Origin: a virus
Reading direction: 5' to 3' (one strand)
IMG/VR virus record: IMGVR_UViG_3300020166_000747
Length of the DNA stretch: 64,000 nucleotides
Below, piece after piece: positions 28,316 to 38,672 of the stretch. The position numbers and the translations under genes are program-made. The notes beneath the pieces are model-generated. The model made no database searches. It was given only the letters and a program-made list of their open reading frames with translations, and was not told the DNA's origin. How positions within the stretch are numbered: the first letter of the stretch is position 1; each line of letters opens with the position of its first letter.

Positions 28316-29446
28316 ATGTCTGCAAAAGTTTCAACACACGATATGGATGTTCGTTTAGTTCGCCCGAGCGATATTCGTTCAGAAATTAACTACGCTATGA
28401 ATCGCAAGCGTCCGGTCTTCATTTGGGGTCCTCCTGGGATTGGTAAATCTGAGATTGTTGACTCAATCACACAAGAGCGTTCAGGTTATATGATTGATAT
28501 GCGTCTTGCTCTTATGGAACCCACTGACTTGCGTGGTATCCCAGTGCCTAATATGAACACGGGCTTGATGGAATGGCTTCCGCCTGCTGACTTGCCTACT
28601 CAAGAACTCGCTGATCAATTCGAATGTATTGTTCTGTTTCTTGATGAAATGAATCAGGCTCCTCAATCTGTACAAGCTGCTGCTTATCAGCTAATTCTTA
28701 ATCGTCGGCTGGGTAACTATCGTCTTCCTGACAATGTTCTAATCGTTGCTGCAGGTAATCGTGAAAGTGATCGTGGCGTTGCGTATCGTATGCCTAGTCC
28801 GCTTGCTAACCGTTTTGTTCATCTTGAAATGACAACTGACTTCGAAGATTGGCAGACATGGGCGTTGCAAAACAATATAGATGCTGAGGTTGTAGGTTAC
28901 GTTACTGCTAACAAGATGGATCTGATGAACTTTGATCCTCGTACTGCATCACGTGCTTTCGCTACACCTCGTTCATGGACATTCGTTTCACAAATGCTTC
29001 CGATGGAAGGTGAGCAAATCACAGATGGTCGTTTACACGACTTGATTGCTGGTACAGTTGGTGACGGCATCGCTACTAAGTTCATGGCACACCGTGCAAT
29101 TTCAGGTAAACTTCCTAACCCAACAGATATCTTGAATGGTACTGTTAAAACACTAGGTAAAGAAGGTAGTGAAATCTCTGCAATGTTCTCACTGACTGCT
29201 TCACTTTGCTACGAACTACGTGACTTTGTTGACCGTAACGGTAAAGACAAAATGGACGAGTTGTACAAAATGGCTGACAACTTCTTCCGCTTCATGATGG
29301 ACAACTTTGAGACAGAAATGACCGTACTTGGTGGTCGTACTGCACTGAAAGTTTACAAACTTCCTCTCGAACCTCGCAAAGTTCCTTGCATCGAGGAGTT
29401 CTTCAAGAAGTATGGTAAACTAATTATCGAGGCACATAACGCTTAA
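28316..29446 (+). CDS. MoxR-like AAA+ ATPase
   Basis: GPPGIGKS, LFLDE, AAGN, PLANRF, TPRSW. Confidence 0.92.
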   Translation: MSAKVSTHDMDVRLVRPSDIRSEINYAMNRKRPVFIWGPPGIGKSEIVDSITQERSGYMIDMRLALMEPTDLRGIPVPNMNTGLMEWLPPADLPTQELADQFECIVLFLDEMNQAPQSVQAAAYQLILNRRLGNYRLPDNVLIVAAGNRESDRGVAYRMPSPLANRFVHLEMTTDFEDWQTWALQNNIDAEVVGYVTANKMDLMNFDPRTASRAFATPRSWTFVSQMLPMEGEQITDGRLHDLIAGTVGDGIATKFMAHRAISGKLPNPTDILNGTVKTLGKEGSEISAMFSLTASLCYELRDFVDRNGKDKMDELYKMADNFFRFMMDNFETEMTVLGGRTALKVYKLPLEPRKVPCIEEFFKKYGKLIIEAHNA

Positions 29447-29467
29447 TTGCAGACTAAGCGTTATAGC

Positions 29468-29509
29468 AAAGGGAGAGGTCTTGACTTCTCCCTTTTTTTG
29501 TAGTATAAT
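29468..29509 (+). terminator. terminator overlapping a sigma70 promoter
   Basis: AAAGGGAGAGGT/ACTTCTCCCTTT stem + T run; TTGACT(29481)-N17-TATAAT(29504). Confidence 0.8.
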
Positions 29510-29516
29510 AAGAACA

Positions 29517-30884
29517 ATGATATATCAAACATTTAAACAAACTGCAAAAAGATTTCCAAATAAGGATGCGCTTATTTGCGGTGATAAAACATATACATAT
29601 TCAGAACTAGCAGCAAGTGTTGATAACCTGATTGCTGTACTTAGTACCGCGGTAATGCCAAATGAACGCATACTGTTTGCAAGTGAACGTTGGCATAACT
29701 ATGTGAGAATGGTTCTGGCATGTGATGCTCTAGGTGTCACATTTATGCCGACATATTATGATTTACCCAAAGCAGTTATTGACGATATATCCGAAGCGAG
29801 TAAACCAGACCATATCATTCTAAATGAAGATGATGCTAGTAATCTTAAACCCCATAATAAGGGATTAGTTTGCGTTAAGGGAAAGGAATACGTTTATACT
29901 GTTCTATTCACTAGCGGTACTACAGGAGCGCCTAAGGCTGTCGCACATAGCAATAAGGCGTGCTATGATGCTTGTATACAAAACATCGAAATATTCAGTA
30001 TGAATTCAAATGATGTTATTTTAGCACAACTCCCCCCGCCGACAGTAGCAGGATTATACTTATTCCCACTACCAGCACTTATGATAGGTGCTACTGTTGT
30101 TATGGAAACATTTAGCCCAAGACGTTATGCAGAATTAAATCTAACATACAAACCAACAGTTGGTATTATTGTTCCAGCAATGATTGTTGCTATGAATAGA
30201 GTGCGCAGTTGGCATGAACTTGATATGTCACACTGGCGCGAACTAAGTGTAGGCAGTACGGTCATCCCAGAAGAAATGCTAAACATGTTGTTTGACAAGG
30301 GCGTTCCTGTAATACGTGATTTGTATGGATGCACTGAAACTCACGTCCCACCGTTTACATATCTAATTGAACCAGATACTCAACACAAGTTACAATTAGA
30401 ATGCACCCCAAACTATCAATACAAACTTGATAGATATGGAGTTATGTGGATCAAAGGTTCACCTGTAATGGTAGACTATCTAAATGATGATGCAAAGTTT
30501 GACGAATATGGGTACTGGTGCACCGGAGACGTATTCGAGCGTAGACACAATAAGCTATTTTATAAATCACGCCAGAAAGATTTGATTAAAGTGAATAGTT
30601 ATAATGTATCACCAGTATCAATTGAGAATGCAATCATGGTGTTTCCCGGTGTAGAAGAAGTATGTGTGACGTTTAGAAGTAGGGAAATGTTAGGAGAATG
30701 TGAGATTGTCGCACTAGTAAAGTCTGAAAAAGAGATAAATATAATTGAGCTACAATTATCTATCAAAGATAAATTATTCCCATATGAAATCCCCAAAGAA
30801 ATTATCGTAGTAGACGAACCTTTAGTTCGTAATAGAATGGGAAAAATCCAACGAGAACAAAATAGAGAGAAATTTGTATTATGA
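29517..30884 (+). CDS. ANL-superfamily adenylate-forming (acyl-CoA ligase-like) enzyme
   Basis: FTSGTTGAPK, YGCTE, TGD, RQKDLIK, RMGKI. Confidence 0.92.
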   Translation: MIYQTFKQTAKRFPNKDALICGDKTYTYSELAASVDNLIAVLSTAVMPNERILFASERWHNYVRMVLACDALGVTFMPTYYDLPKAVIDDISEASKPDHIILNEDDASNLKPHNKGLVCVKGKEYVYTVLFTSGTTGAPKAVAHSNKACYDACIQNIEIFSMNSNDVILAQLPPPTVAGLYLFPLPALMIGATVVMETFSPRRYAELNLTYKPTVGIIVPAMIVAMNRVRSWHELDMSHWRELSVGSTVIPEEMLNMLFDKGVPVIRDLYGCTETHVPPFTYLIEPDTQHKLQLECTPNYQYKLDRYGVMWIKGSPVMVDYLNDDAKFDEYGYWCTGDVFERRHNKLFYKSRQKDLIKVNSYNVSPVSIENAIMVFPGVEEVCVTFRSREMLGECEIVALVKSEKEINIIELQLSIKDKLFPYEIPKEIIVVDEPLVRNRMGKIQREQNREKFVL

Positions 30885-32575
30885 AATCGCAAGTTAAAAA
30901 GATTGTTGTTTTAGGAGGTGGTGCCGCTGGATGGTTCACTGCTGGTTATCTAAAGCAAAAGAACCCAGAAATTGATATCACACTTATCGAAAGTCAAAAG
31001 GTAGGAATTATCGGTGTAGGCGAATCTACTATTCCACAACTAGGTGATTTCTTCCGAGAAATGGGAATCCAAGAACGTGATTGGATGGCATCTAGTAACT
31101 CAATCTACAAACTTGGAAATAAATTTGTTGGTTGGAACAAAGAAGGTAATAGACATCACGTAACAAACCATTGGCATTGCCATCAGGAAGATGAACAATA
31201 CTTTACATTTTCTTGGACACTACCAGAAAAACATATCAAAACTAGTTACTACAATCAATTGACAACTGATGATTATTATTATAATTCAGATGGTGCAAAT
31301 GGCGTAGATGATAAATGGAATGATTATTGGTTACAATCTCTACGTGATGGAACTTCAAACGCACGTGAAATGTCAGAAGATTTAATGGAAGCTACATTCT
31401 TAATGGAGAATAGAAAAGCACCATTTGATATGGATGATCATCAGATGATTGGATCTTACAATTCATATGCTTGGCATGTTGACGCAGAACGTTTTCCAGA
31501 AATCGTTAGAGATAGAGTTGCGCTACCAGCTGGTGTAAAACACATATGGGGGCATGTTGCAGATATTCAAAAAGATGAACAGGGTTACATTACTAAATTA
31601 GTACTTGAAGATGGAACAGAACATGAAGCAGATTTATTCTGTGATGCAACCGGATTCAATCGTATTCTGACCGGGACAATGGACAATGGTTGGCATGATT
31701 ACGAGCATATTTTTACACGTGATGCTATTGTTGGGCCAGTAAAATACAAAGACGTTTATAATGAAATGCGCCCGTATACACAATCGTATGCACAGGATCA
31801 TGGCTGGAACTTTATCATCCCTCTATTCAATCGCATGGGATCAGGTTACATCTTTGATAGTACAGAAATCTCACCAGAACAAGCAATGGAAGATTTTAAG
31901 AAGTATTGGGATGGATATGAATTTATCAAAGAGCCGCGTCATATCTCATGGGATTCAGGCCGTATGGAAACTCCTTGGAATAAGAACGTTGTGGGTGTTG
32001 GTATGGCAGGTGCCTTCGTTGAACCAATGGAAGCTAACTCGTTATACGTAGCACAGGCATCTATTCAACTTATTAATAGAATCATCAATCGTGCAAAAGA
32101 AGAAGATCCAGTAATTACAAATTCACAAATTCATGCATTCAATAAGAATATGTGCAAACTAGAAGATGGCATAGCTGACTTTATTTCCTATCACTTTACA
32201 CTTTCTGACCGTGAAGATTCTACATTTTGGAAAAAAGTTAAGCAGTACGGAATCGACCACAATCACAAAGAAGCAAATTGGGAACACTACCGTAGACCCG
32301 TTAACTTCTTAGGCAACGGCGTATACCCGGACCAAATGTGGGCAATGCTTGGTGTATATATGGATAAGTTTGATGACAGTGTGGAACTACACACCAAACC
32401 TGAACTAATGGAGATGGCAAAGATTAAATTTGATTACATTCATAAATCAAGTAAAGCTATTGGGAACTATGCGCCACACGCATATGATTGGCATCGTAAA
32501 TTCTTATATGAAGGTAAATCATATGAAACTGTACTTGCAGAAGCATTAGCTAAAGCGAGTAGGAATTTATATTAA
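30881..32575 (+). CDS. flavin-dependent halogenase (tryptophan halogenase family)
   Basis: GGGAAGW, GVGESTIP, catalytic-Lys region YKLGNKF, GWNFIIPL, FVEPME. Confidence 0.9.
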   Translation: MKSQVKKIVVLGGGAAGWFTAGYLKQKNPEIDITLIESQKVGIIGVGESTIPQLGDFFREMGIQERDWMASSNSIYKLGNKFVGWNKEGNRHHVTNHWHCHQEDEQYFTFSWTLPEKHIKTSYYNQLTTDDYYYNSDGANGVDDKWNDYWLQSLRDGTSNAREMSEDLMEATFLMENRKAPFDMDDHQMIGSYNSYAWHVDAERFPEIVRDRVALPAGVKHIWGHVADIQKDEQGYITKLVLEDGTEHEADLFCDATGFNRILTGTMDNGWHDYEHIFTRDAIVGPVKYKDVYNEMRPYTQSYAQDHGWNFIIPLFNRMGSGYIFDSTEISPEQAMEDFKKYWDGYEFIKEPRHISWDSGRMETPWNKNVVGVGMAGAFVEPMEANSLYVAQASIQLINRIINRAKEEDPVITNSQIHAFNKNMCKLEDGIADFISYHFTLSDREDSTFWKKVKQYGIDHNHKEANWEHYRRPVNFLGNGVYPDQMWAMLGVYMDKFDDSVELHTKPELMEMAKIKFDYIHKSSKAIGNYAPHAYDWHRKFLYEGKSYETVLAEALAKASRNLY

Positions 32576-33171
32576 TGATATTAGAAGAATTCGTAGGGGC
32601 GAATGGGCTAGAATTTAGGATAGTTGAATGTGGTTCTTCTCATATGTCCGATATCAAAGAGTTTTGCAAAGCATGTAAAGACGATGGTTTCCAAAATAAT
32701 TCTAGTTTATCTGCGTTAAAAATTGGTAAATGGGGTAGAGAAGAAAAATGGTGGGCAGTATACTTTAATGATAAGATCATTAGTTTAAGCGGCGCACATT
32801 ACTTACCACATCTGCATAAGGATTGCTATGTAATTGCTTATAGACTCGCAACGTTAGATTCATTTAAAGGTATGGCAAATGATATCATGTCTAGTCGTAT
32901 GTTAACATGTTTTGGTATGGGTAGGATGTTACCGCATATGGCTGATTGGTGCAAATTACGTGGTGCTAAATATATTGTTATGACTTTTAACTCACCCGAC
33001 AACGGATCAGATCCGAGTGGTACTATGCACAAAGCACACAGAGTTGCTCACATGGTACTACCGAAAGATAACAAATTTACATTACTGTATAGAGATATTC
33101 CACTATATGGTACCAAGCAAGATGTTTGGAAATTAAATTACCGAAACTTTATCACAATGGAAGAACTATGA
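32575..33171 (+). CDS. hypothetical, possibly GNAT-fold protein
   Basis: 198-aa ORF in the cassette; weak GNAT-like pattern. Confidence 0.5.
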   Translation: MILEEFVGANGLEFRIVECGSSHMSDIKEFCKACKDDGFQNNSSLSALKIGKWGREEKWWAVYFNDKIISLSGAHYLPHLHKDCYVIAYRLATLDSFKGMANDIMSSRMLTCFGMGRMLPHMADWCKLRGAKYIVMTFNSPDNGSDPSGTMHKAHRVAHMVLPKDNKFTLLYRDIPLYGTKQDVWKLNYRNFITMEEL

Positions 33172-34328
33172 CAATTTTTGTAGAAAACGTTTCTATGATT
33201 ACCCCATTTGGGCTTACAAATTCATCATGGGATAATATTTGTAACAATAATGTTGCATATAATACACTTACTAGATTTGATTCAAGTTCTAGTAGATACA
33301 TACGTTCTAAAGTGGCTGGTGAGGTTAACTTTAGTGCAGAAGAACACACGATTTTATCCGAAAATGATAAGGATAGATTACCAGAATATATGCAATGGGC
33401 ATTAGCGTTGACAGAGGAACTGATCGGCAATAGGGAATTGCCATTGGGACGTACTGCTGTATTAGTATCTCCGGGACTATCGATATATATCGAAAGTGTG
33501 GAAGCAAAAAATGCAAATAGAACGAATAGTTTTACTTTCTGTTCAAATATGACTGCACACAATATTAATATTAAATATGGATTTACTGGACCTAGTGCTA
33601 TGACCATGACTGCATGTAGTACCGGAATGTATAGTATTATTCTAGGGTGCATGTTATTAGAAACAGGACAAGCAGATTATGTTATTGCAGGCTCAGTAGA
33701 TAAAAGTGTTTCATTTGATTCCGTAATGCAAATGGGAAAATTAAGGGCATTGTCTACTCGGTACAATGATGCTCCGAAATTAGCAAGTAGACCATGGGAT
33801 ACAAAACGTGATGGACTTGTAATGTCCGAAGGCGGAGCATTGTTCTTATTAACAAATAAAAAAACAGAAAATACAATTTGCGAGATTGCAAGTTATGCAA
33901 TGAACAATGATGCGTATCAAGTTGTTGCGCCGCATCCCGAGGGTACATTAATTGAACGTTGTATGAGCGATGCCGTAATGAAAGCGGGACATGCACCTGA
34001 TTTAATTAACGCACATGCTACAAGTACACCTATGGGAGACTATATTGAAATTGATGCTATCAGACGCATTGGTTTAGGCGATATGCCAATAACTGCAAAC
34101 AAGTCACAGTTGGGTCATTCTATGGGTGCCGCAGGTGCAATAGAATGCGCACTTAGTGTACTTTCATTAAAAAATAATATAATCACACCATCGATAAATA
34201 TTGATAATATAGAAGACGGTTACGACATTAACTATTACAGCGAGTCTAAAACACAAGAAATAAACTCTGTAATGTGTAACAGTTTCGGCTTTGGTGGCAC
34301 AAACGCAAGTATAATCTTTAGAGAATAA
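33168..34328 (+). CDS. fabF: beta-ketoacyl synthase (FabF-like)
   Basis: TACSTG, NAHATST, KSQLGH, NSFGFGGTN (Cys-His-His). Confidence 0.92.
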   Translation: MTIFVENVSMITPFGLTNSSWDNICNNNVAYNTLTRFDSSSSRYIRSKVAGEVNFSAEEHTILSENDKDRLPEYMQWALALTEELIGNRELPLGRTAVLVSPGLSIYIESVEAKNANRTNSFTFCSNMTAHNINIKYGFTGPSAMTMTACSTGMYSIILGCMLLETGQADYVIAGSVDKSVSFDSVMQMGKLRALSTRYNDAPKLASRPWDTKRDGLVMSEGGALFLLTNKKTENTICEIASYAMNNDAYQVVAPHPEGTLIERCMSDAVMKAGHAPDLINAHATSTPMGDYIEIDAIRRIGLGDMPITANKSQLGHSMGAAGAIECALSVLSLKNNIITPSINIDNIEDGYDINYYSESKTQEINSVMCNSFGFGGTNASIIFRE

Positions 34329-34329
34329 A

Positions 34330-34962
34330 ATGCATAACACACAAAAAATACTATTCTTTCATCATCTAGCGATTATTGCCGGTCTGTTATACTATGGTTT
34401 TAATATACAATATGCAGTTCTAATACTAATCGGCTGTATCTTGTGGGCATATATCGTAGGTCATAAGGGGCTACATATATATCTTGCACACCACGATTAC
34501 AAAGATAACATAAAAAGTTATCTATATACTATAGGTGCTTTGGTCACTGGTGTTGGCTCTCCATTAATGTTTGCTGCAACACACCGACAGCACCACAAAT
34601 TTCACGACACCGAAAAAGACCCACATTCTCCAGAACATATTGGCTGGTTAAATGTGTGGTTTATGAACTACAATTCTCAACACATATCTCCTAGACTAGT
34701 TAGAGATTATCTAAAATCAAACTTTCAAAAGTTTATGAATAGACACTGGATGAAATTGACAGTTGCTATGATTGTCGTTCTGGGACTAATAGACCCGAGA
34801 ATTGTTTGCTTCATTATATCACCTTTCAGCGTCTATACTTTCCATGGTTCATCTGCAATCAATGTATTCGGACATCTTAATGGTTCGCCTAGAAACTCAA
34901 AAGAAGTCCTATTTTGGAATCCATGGGACACAAAGCATAAGGAACACCACGAATGGAAATAA
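34330..34962 (+). CDS. membrane fatty-acid desaturase (delta-9 type)
   Basis: His boxes HIYLAH, HRQHH..D...DPHSP, HKEHH; TM segments. Confidence 0.88.
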   Translation: MHNTQKILFFHHLAIIAGLLYYGFNIQYAVLILIGCILWAYIVGHKGLHIYLAHHDYKDNIKSYLYTIGALVTGVGSPLMFAATHRQHHKFHDTEKDPHSPEHIGWLNVWFMNYNSQHISPRLVRDYLKSNFQKFMNRHWMKLTVAMIVVLGLIDPRIVCFIISPFSVYTFHGSSAINVFGHLNGSPRNSKEVLFWNPWDTKHKEHHEWK

Positions 34963-34993
34963 AAAATAACGTAACGGCCTCGAAAAAGGGCGT

Positions 34994-35392
34994 TTGAACT
35001 TTCAAGATTTATTCAGAAACAACCCTAAAATATGGATGCCAATAGCAGAACTGCTAGACAATGTTTTAACGGTAGGAATAAATGATAGATTTATACGTGC
35101 AGAACGTGAATACATTTTTGCATACTTTTCAAAAGAAAACATGTGCGTCTTTTGTTATGAACACCATATAGAATTTGCATATGATTTAGGTTACAATGAT
35201 AGCATTGTTATTGAAAACTTAACTGACAGAGACGCACTAGAAAATATATTTTGGATTAGAAATATTGCATTACTAGTGAACACTGCTATAAAAGAGTACG
35301 ACATAACACAAGTTAATCCCACAGATAAAAAACTAAAAGACACTACTATTAAAGAATATGGATATAACTTCAAAAAAAGCATAGGAAGATAA
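34994..35392 (+). CDS. hypothetical protein
   Basis: 132-aa ORF, start uncertain. Confidence 0.5.
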   Translation: MNFQDLFRNNPKIWMPIAELLDNVLTVGINDRFIRAEREYIFAYFSKENMCVFCYEHHIEFAYDLGYNDSIVIENLTDRDALENIFWIRNIALLVNTAIKEYDITQVNPTDKKLKDTTIKEYGYNFKKSIGR

Positions 35393-35437
35393 AAACAAAG
35401 CAAACCACGAAGATGCGAAATATTTTGCTAAAAAAAC

Positions 35438-35465
35438 TTGACAATATCCTCACATGTGTTATATT
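35438..35465 (+). promoter_or_regulatory. sigma70-type promoter
   Basis: AAAACTTGACA-N16-TATATT, related to the 27.8-28.3 kb modules. Confidence 0.7.
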
Positions 35466-35496
35466 AATAGAGTAGTCAGAAAAGAGGACGAATCAT

Positions 35497-36834
35497 ATGC
35501 AAATCGAACCTAAGAAAATTATAACAGAAGACGATTTCAATGCAGTACTAGATGATCTGCTTAAAGAAAACGGCATCGAAGTTGACGAAAATTCAGAAGA
35601 ACCTGTAGTGTTTGAATACACTGATACAGAAGTCAAAGAAATGATTGTATCAGGTCGTGTACGCATGTTGATTAAGCATCCGTTTTTCGGTACTCTCGCT
35701 ACACGTTTGAAGCTAGTCGAAGCTGAGTGGTGTCCTACTGCGGCTGTTGACGGTAAACACTTCTACTACAACTGTGATTTCTTTCGTACACTGACTAGCG
35801 AAGAAATTGACTTTGTTGTAGGTCATGAAGTAATGCACTGTGTGTACGAACATTGTGGTGAGTCTGGACGTTTGATGGATTACAAAGATGAAAATCGTGA
35901 TCCTAAACTATGGAATATCGCAGCCGATTACAAAGTAAATCAAGCATGTGTAGAATCTAAAATCGGTGTTATGCCTAAAATGGCTCTTTATGATAGAAAG
36001 TATTACAAACAATACACTGAGGAAATCTATGCTGACCTACTTCAACAGAAGAAAGATGGCAAGGACTTCTCAAATACAAACACACTTGATGAACACTTGT
36101 TCGGCGATGGTGAAGGTTCAGGCAAAGATGGCGAAAATGATCCTACAGGTCGTAGCGCGCCTATCAAAGTTTCTAAAGAAGAAGCTAAAGCTATCAAAGA
36201 CCAGATGAAACAAGCTGTACTACAAGCTGCACAAGCGGCGGGGGCAGGCAATCTACCAGGTGATGTTAAACGTATCATCAAGGAAATGACAGAGCCAAAG
36301 ATGGACTGGCGTGAGCATTTGAACCTTGCAGTTCAATCATCACTAAAATCTGACTTTACATGGATGCGTCAATCACGTAAATCACGTTCACTAGGTATCT
36401 ATCTGCCTGGCACTGACAATGATTATCAAGTAGATGCCGCAATCGGTATTGATGTTTCAGGTTCTATCTCGCATCAAATGATTCAAGATTTTATGGGAGA
36501 AATCTCAGGCATCATGGATCAGTTTCAGGACTTTCGTTTGCGTGTATGGACATTTGATACACAAGTGTACGCAGACTCATACAAAGAATTCACACCGATG
36601 AATGCAGATGAAATCAAAGATTACGAAATCATCGGCTGTGGCGGTACTGATTTTGAATGTAACTTTAACTTCATGGAAGAGAACGATATTGTTCCTGACA
36701 AGTTCATCATGTTCACTGATGGTTACCCATTCGGTTCATGGGGAAATGAAGCATATTGTGATACGCTATTCGTTATTCACGGGTCAGATCATATCATCCC
36801 ACCATTTGGTGACCACACTTACTACTCTAACTAA
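35497..36834 (+). CDS. metallopeptidase-like + VWA domain protein (MoxR partner)
   Basis: HEVMH; IDVSGS MIDAS, GGTDF, FTDG. Confidence 0.9.
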   Translation: MQIEPKKIITEDDFNAVLDDLLKENGIEVDENSEEPVVFEYTDTEVKEMIVSGRVRMLIKHPFFGTLATRLKLVEAEWCPTAAVDGKHFYYNCDFFRTLTSEEIDFVVGHEVMHCVYEHCGESGRLMDYKDENRDPKLWNIAADYKVNQACVESKIGVMPKMALYDRKYYKQYTEEIYADLLQQKKDGKDFSNTNTLDEHLFGDGEGSGKDGENDPTGRSAPIKVSKEEAKAIKDQMKQAVLQAAQAAGAGNLPGDVKRIIKEMTEPKMDWREHLNLAVQSSLKSDFTWMRQSRKSRSLGIYLPGTDNDYQVDAAIGIDVSGSISHQMIQDFMGEISGIMDQFQDFRLRVWTFDTQVYADSYKEFTPMNADEIKDYEIIGCGGTDFECNFNFMEENDIVPDKFIMFTDGYPFGSWGNEAYCDTLFVIHGSDHIIPPFGDHTYYSN

Positions 36835-36850
36835 AAGCATAAATATTATC

Positions 36851-37390
36851 ATGAGCGATACATTACTCTTGAATGCTGATGGCGCGCCACTAAGCATCAC
36901 TCCACTTTCAACACTCACGTGGCAAGAAAGCATTAAACTAATATGGTTGGATAAGATTAATGTACTCGAATGGCATAACGATTGGGAGGTACATTCTCCC
37001 AATCATACGTTGCTTGTACCAGCAGTTATATCAGTACGTGATTACGTTAAGAGTGCAGGTGATGTTAATTTCTCACGCAAGAATATCTTTATAAGAGATA
37101 ATCATAAATGCCAATATTGCTTACAAACATTCAAAACATCAGAACTTACCCTAGACCATGTCATTCCTAGATCCAGAGGCGGTAAGACAAGTTGGACAAA
37201 TATCGTAAGTGCATGTAAAAAATGCAATCATGCAAAAGCGAATAGAATGGATATTCGCCCAATAACAATGCCGAAACAACCCAATCTTTATCAGATGATA
37301 GGTAATAAGAATTTTACACTATCAATCAGACATGAAATCTGGCTCAAATACCTTAATTGGCCAGAAGAATTTGTTCGTAGAGTAGCATAA
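36851..37390 (+). CDS. HNH endonuclease
   Basis: RDNHKCQYC, TLDHVIPRSRGG, WTNIVSACKKCN; CATAAATA-N5-ATG. Confidence 0.92.
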   Translation: MSDTLLLNADGAPLSITPLSTLTWQESIKLIWLDKINVLEWHNDWEVHSPNHTLLVPAVISVRDYVKSAGDVNFSRKNIFIRDNHKCQYCLQTFKTSELTLDHVIPRSRGGKTSWTNIVSACKKCNHAKANRMDIRPITMPKQPNLYQMIGNKNFTLSIRHEIWLKYLNWPEEFVRRVA

Positions 37391-37403
37391 CAATAAAAAA
37401 GTG

Positions 37404-37432
37404 TTGACAATCACCAAATAATTTAGTATAAT
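37404..37432 (+). promoter_or_regulatory. sigma70-type promoter
   Basis: TTGACA-N17-TATAAT. Confidence 0.8.
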
Positions 37433-37507
37433 AGTATTATGATTAGATATGTTCTATTCATATTATATATAATAATGAAATGACATCAACCTATAGGAGA
37501 ATATAAA

Positions 37508-37756
37508 ATGTCAGAAGAAACTCAAGTAGAAGCGCAGGCGGAAGCTCCAGCAGTAACAGTCAATGATTTGGCTAACGTATATGCAGTAATCGATCTTGCA
37601 TCAAAGCGTGGTGCATTCCAAGCTGGTGAACTTTCAGCAGTAGGCGCAGTTGCTAATAAAATCAAATCATTTATTGATTTTGTACAAGCAGCACAGGCAG
37701 AACAAGCAGAACAAGCAGAGGGCGAAGCACCAGCAGAAGCTCCTGCAGAAGGTTAA
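37508..37756 (+). CDS. hypothetical phage protein
   Basis: IDLASKRGAFQAGEL; GGAG SD. Confidence 0.75.
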   Translation: MSEETQVEAQAEAPAVTVNDLANVYAVIDLASKRGAFQAGELSAVGAVANKIKSFIDFVQAAQAEQAEQAEGEAPAEAPAEG

Positions 37757-37759
37757 GAT

Positions 37760-38398
37760 ATGGCTTTTCTAAAACATGTCGGTAGACACGAAGGTACGGG
37801 ACAACGTTTAAGTGTTGTCTTCCTTCAGTTGCCAGACGATAAAGAAAATGCACTTGTTGTATACAGTGATTCATTACCGGATCGATATCATGACGATTAC
37901 ATGCAGGCGGTAGAATCACCAGAAGGACAACAATCAGCAAACTTGTATGAAGTTCTTGGACGTAAAGTATTTTGGCATGGTACTACTATGCTTGATACAT
38001 TGCACAAAGAAGGACACTTAGTGAAGATTCCAACAGGTTCAATTATTATGACACCTAATTCTAATACTAATGTTCCTCTAAATGATATTCTTGCACAAAT
38101 GGATAAAGATGAAATGGAAATCCCAGCAACGAATGATACAACGCAGACTCCTGCGGAATCTCAAGTTGATGCAAATGTAGCAGAATCACAACAAGACGAG
38201 AATAAAGCAATTGCTCAAAATCTCTTGATCCAAGCTAATCTTCTACAACAAGATGCCGAAGCGAAACGTCAGGAAGCATATAAGTATGATCCTACACTAG
38301 CACCAAAGACAGAAGCAAAGCCGAAAGTACGTGTTACTAAAGCTAAAACATCTGACGCACCAAAGAAACGTGGGCGTCCGAAGAAGTCTGAGGCATAA
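37760..38398 (+). CDS. hypothetical phage protein
   Basis: 212 aa, ends KKRGRPKK (AT-hook-like). Confidence 0.75.
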   Translation: MAFLKHVGRHEGTGQRLSVVFLQLPDDKENALVVYSDSLPDRYHDDYMQAVESPEGQQSANLYEVLGRKVFWHGTTMLDTLHKEGHLVKIPTGSIIMTPNSNTNVPLNDILAQMDKDEMEIPATNDTTQTPAESQVDANVAESQQDENKAIAQNLLIQANLLQQDAEAKRQEAYKYDPTLAPKTEAKPKVRVTKAKTSDAPKKRGRPKKSEA

Positions 38399-38399
38399 T

Positions 38400-38672
38400 A
38401 TGTCAATCAAGCGTGGTAGCATTATAGACCGTATTAAGCAGGAACGTGAACGTCAAGTTGATATTCCTGGTAGCGAATTCGATGCAAACAACTCTCCGAA
38501 TGATTGGATTGCAATTGCAACTTATTATCTTGCGCAAGAGACTAGACGTGCTACTATGCTTGAAGCACCAAGTTCGGTAGAATTTGAAAAAGAACTTATC
38601 AAAGCTGCGGCAGTAATTGTCGCAGCTTTGGAACATACAGAACTAATGAAAGAAGAAGGTAAACTTTCATAA
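38400..38672 (+). CDS. small helical protein, possibly MazG-like
   Basis: ERERQ...W...ELIKAAAVIVAALE pattern. Confidence 0.5.
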   Translation: MSIKRGSIIDRIKQERERQVDIPGSEFDANNSPNDWIAIATYYLAQETRRATMLEAPSSVEFEKELIKAAAVIVAALEHTELMKEEGKLS

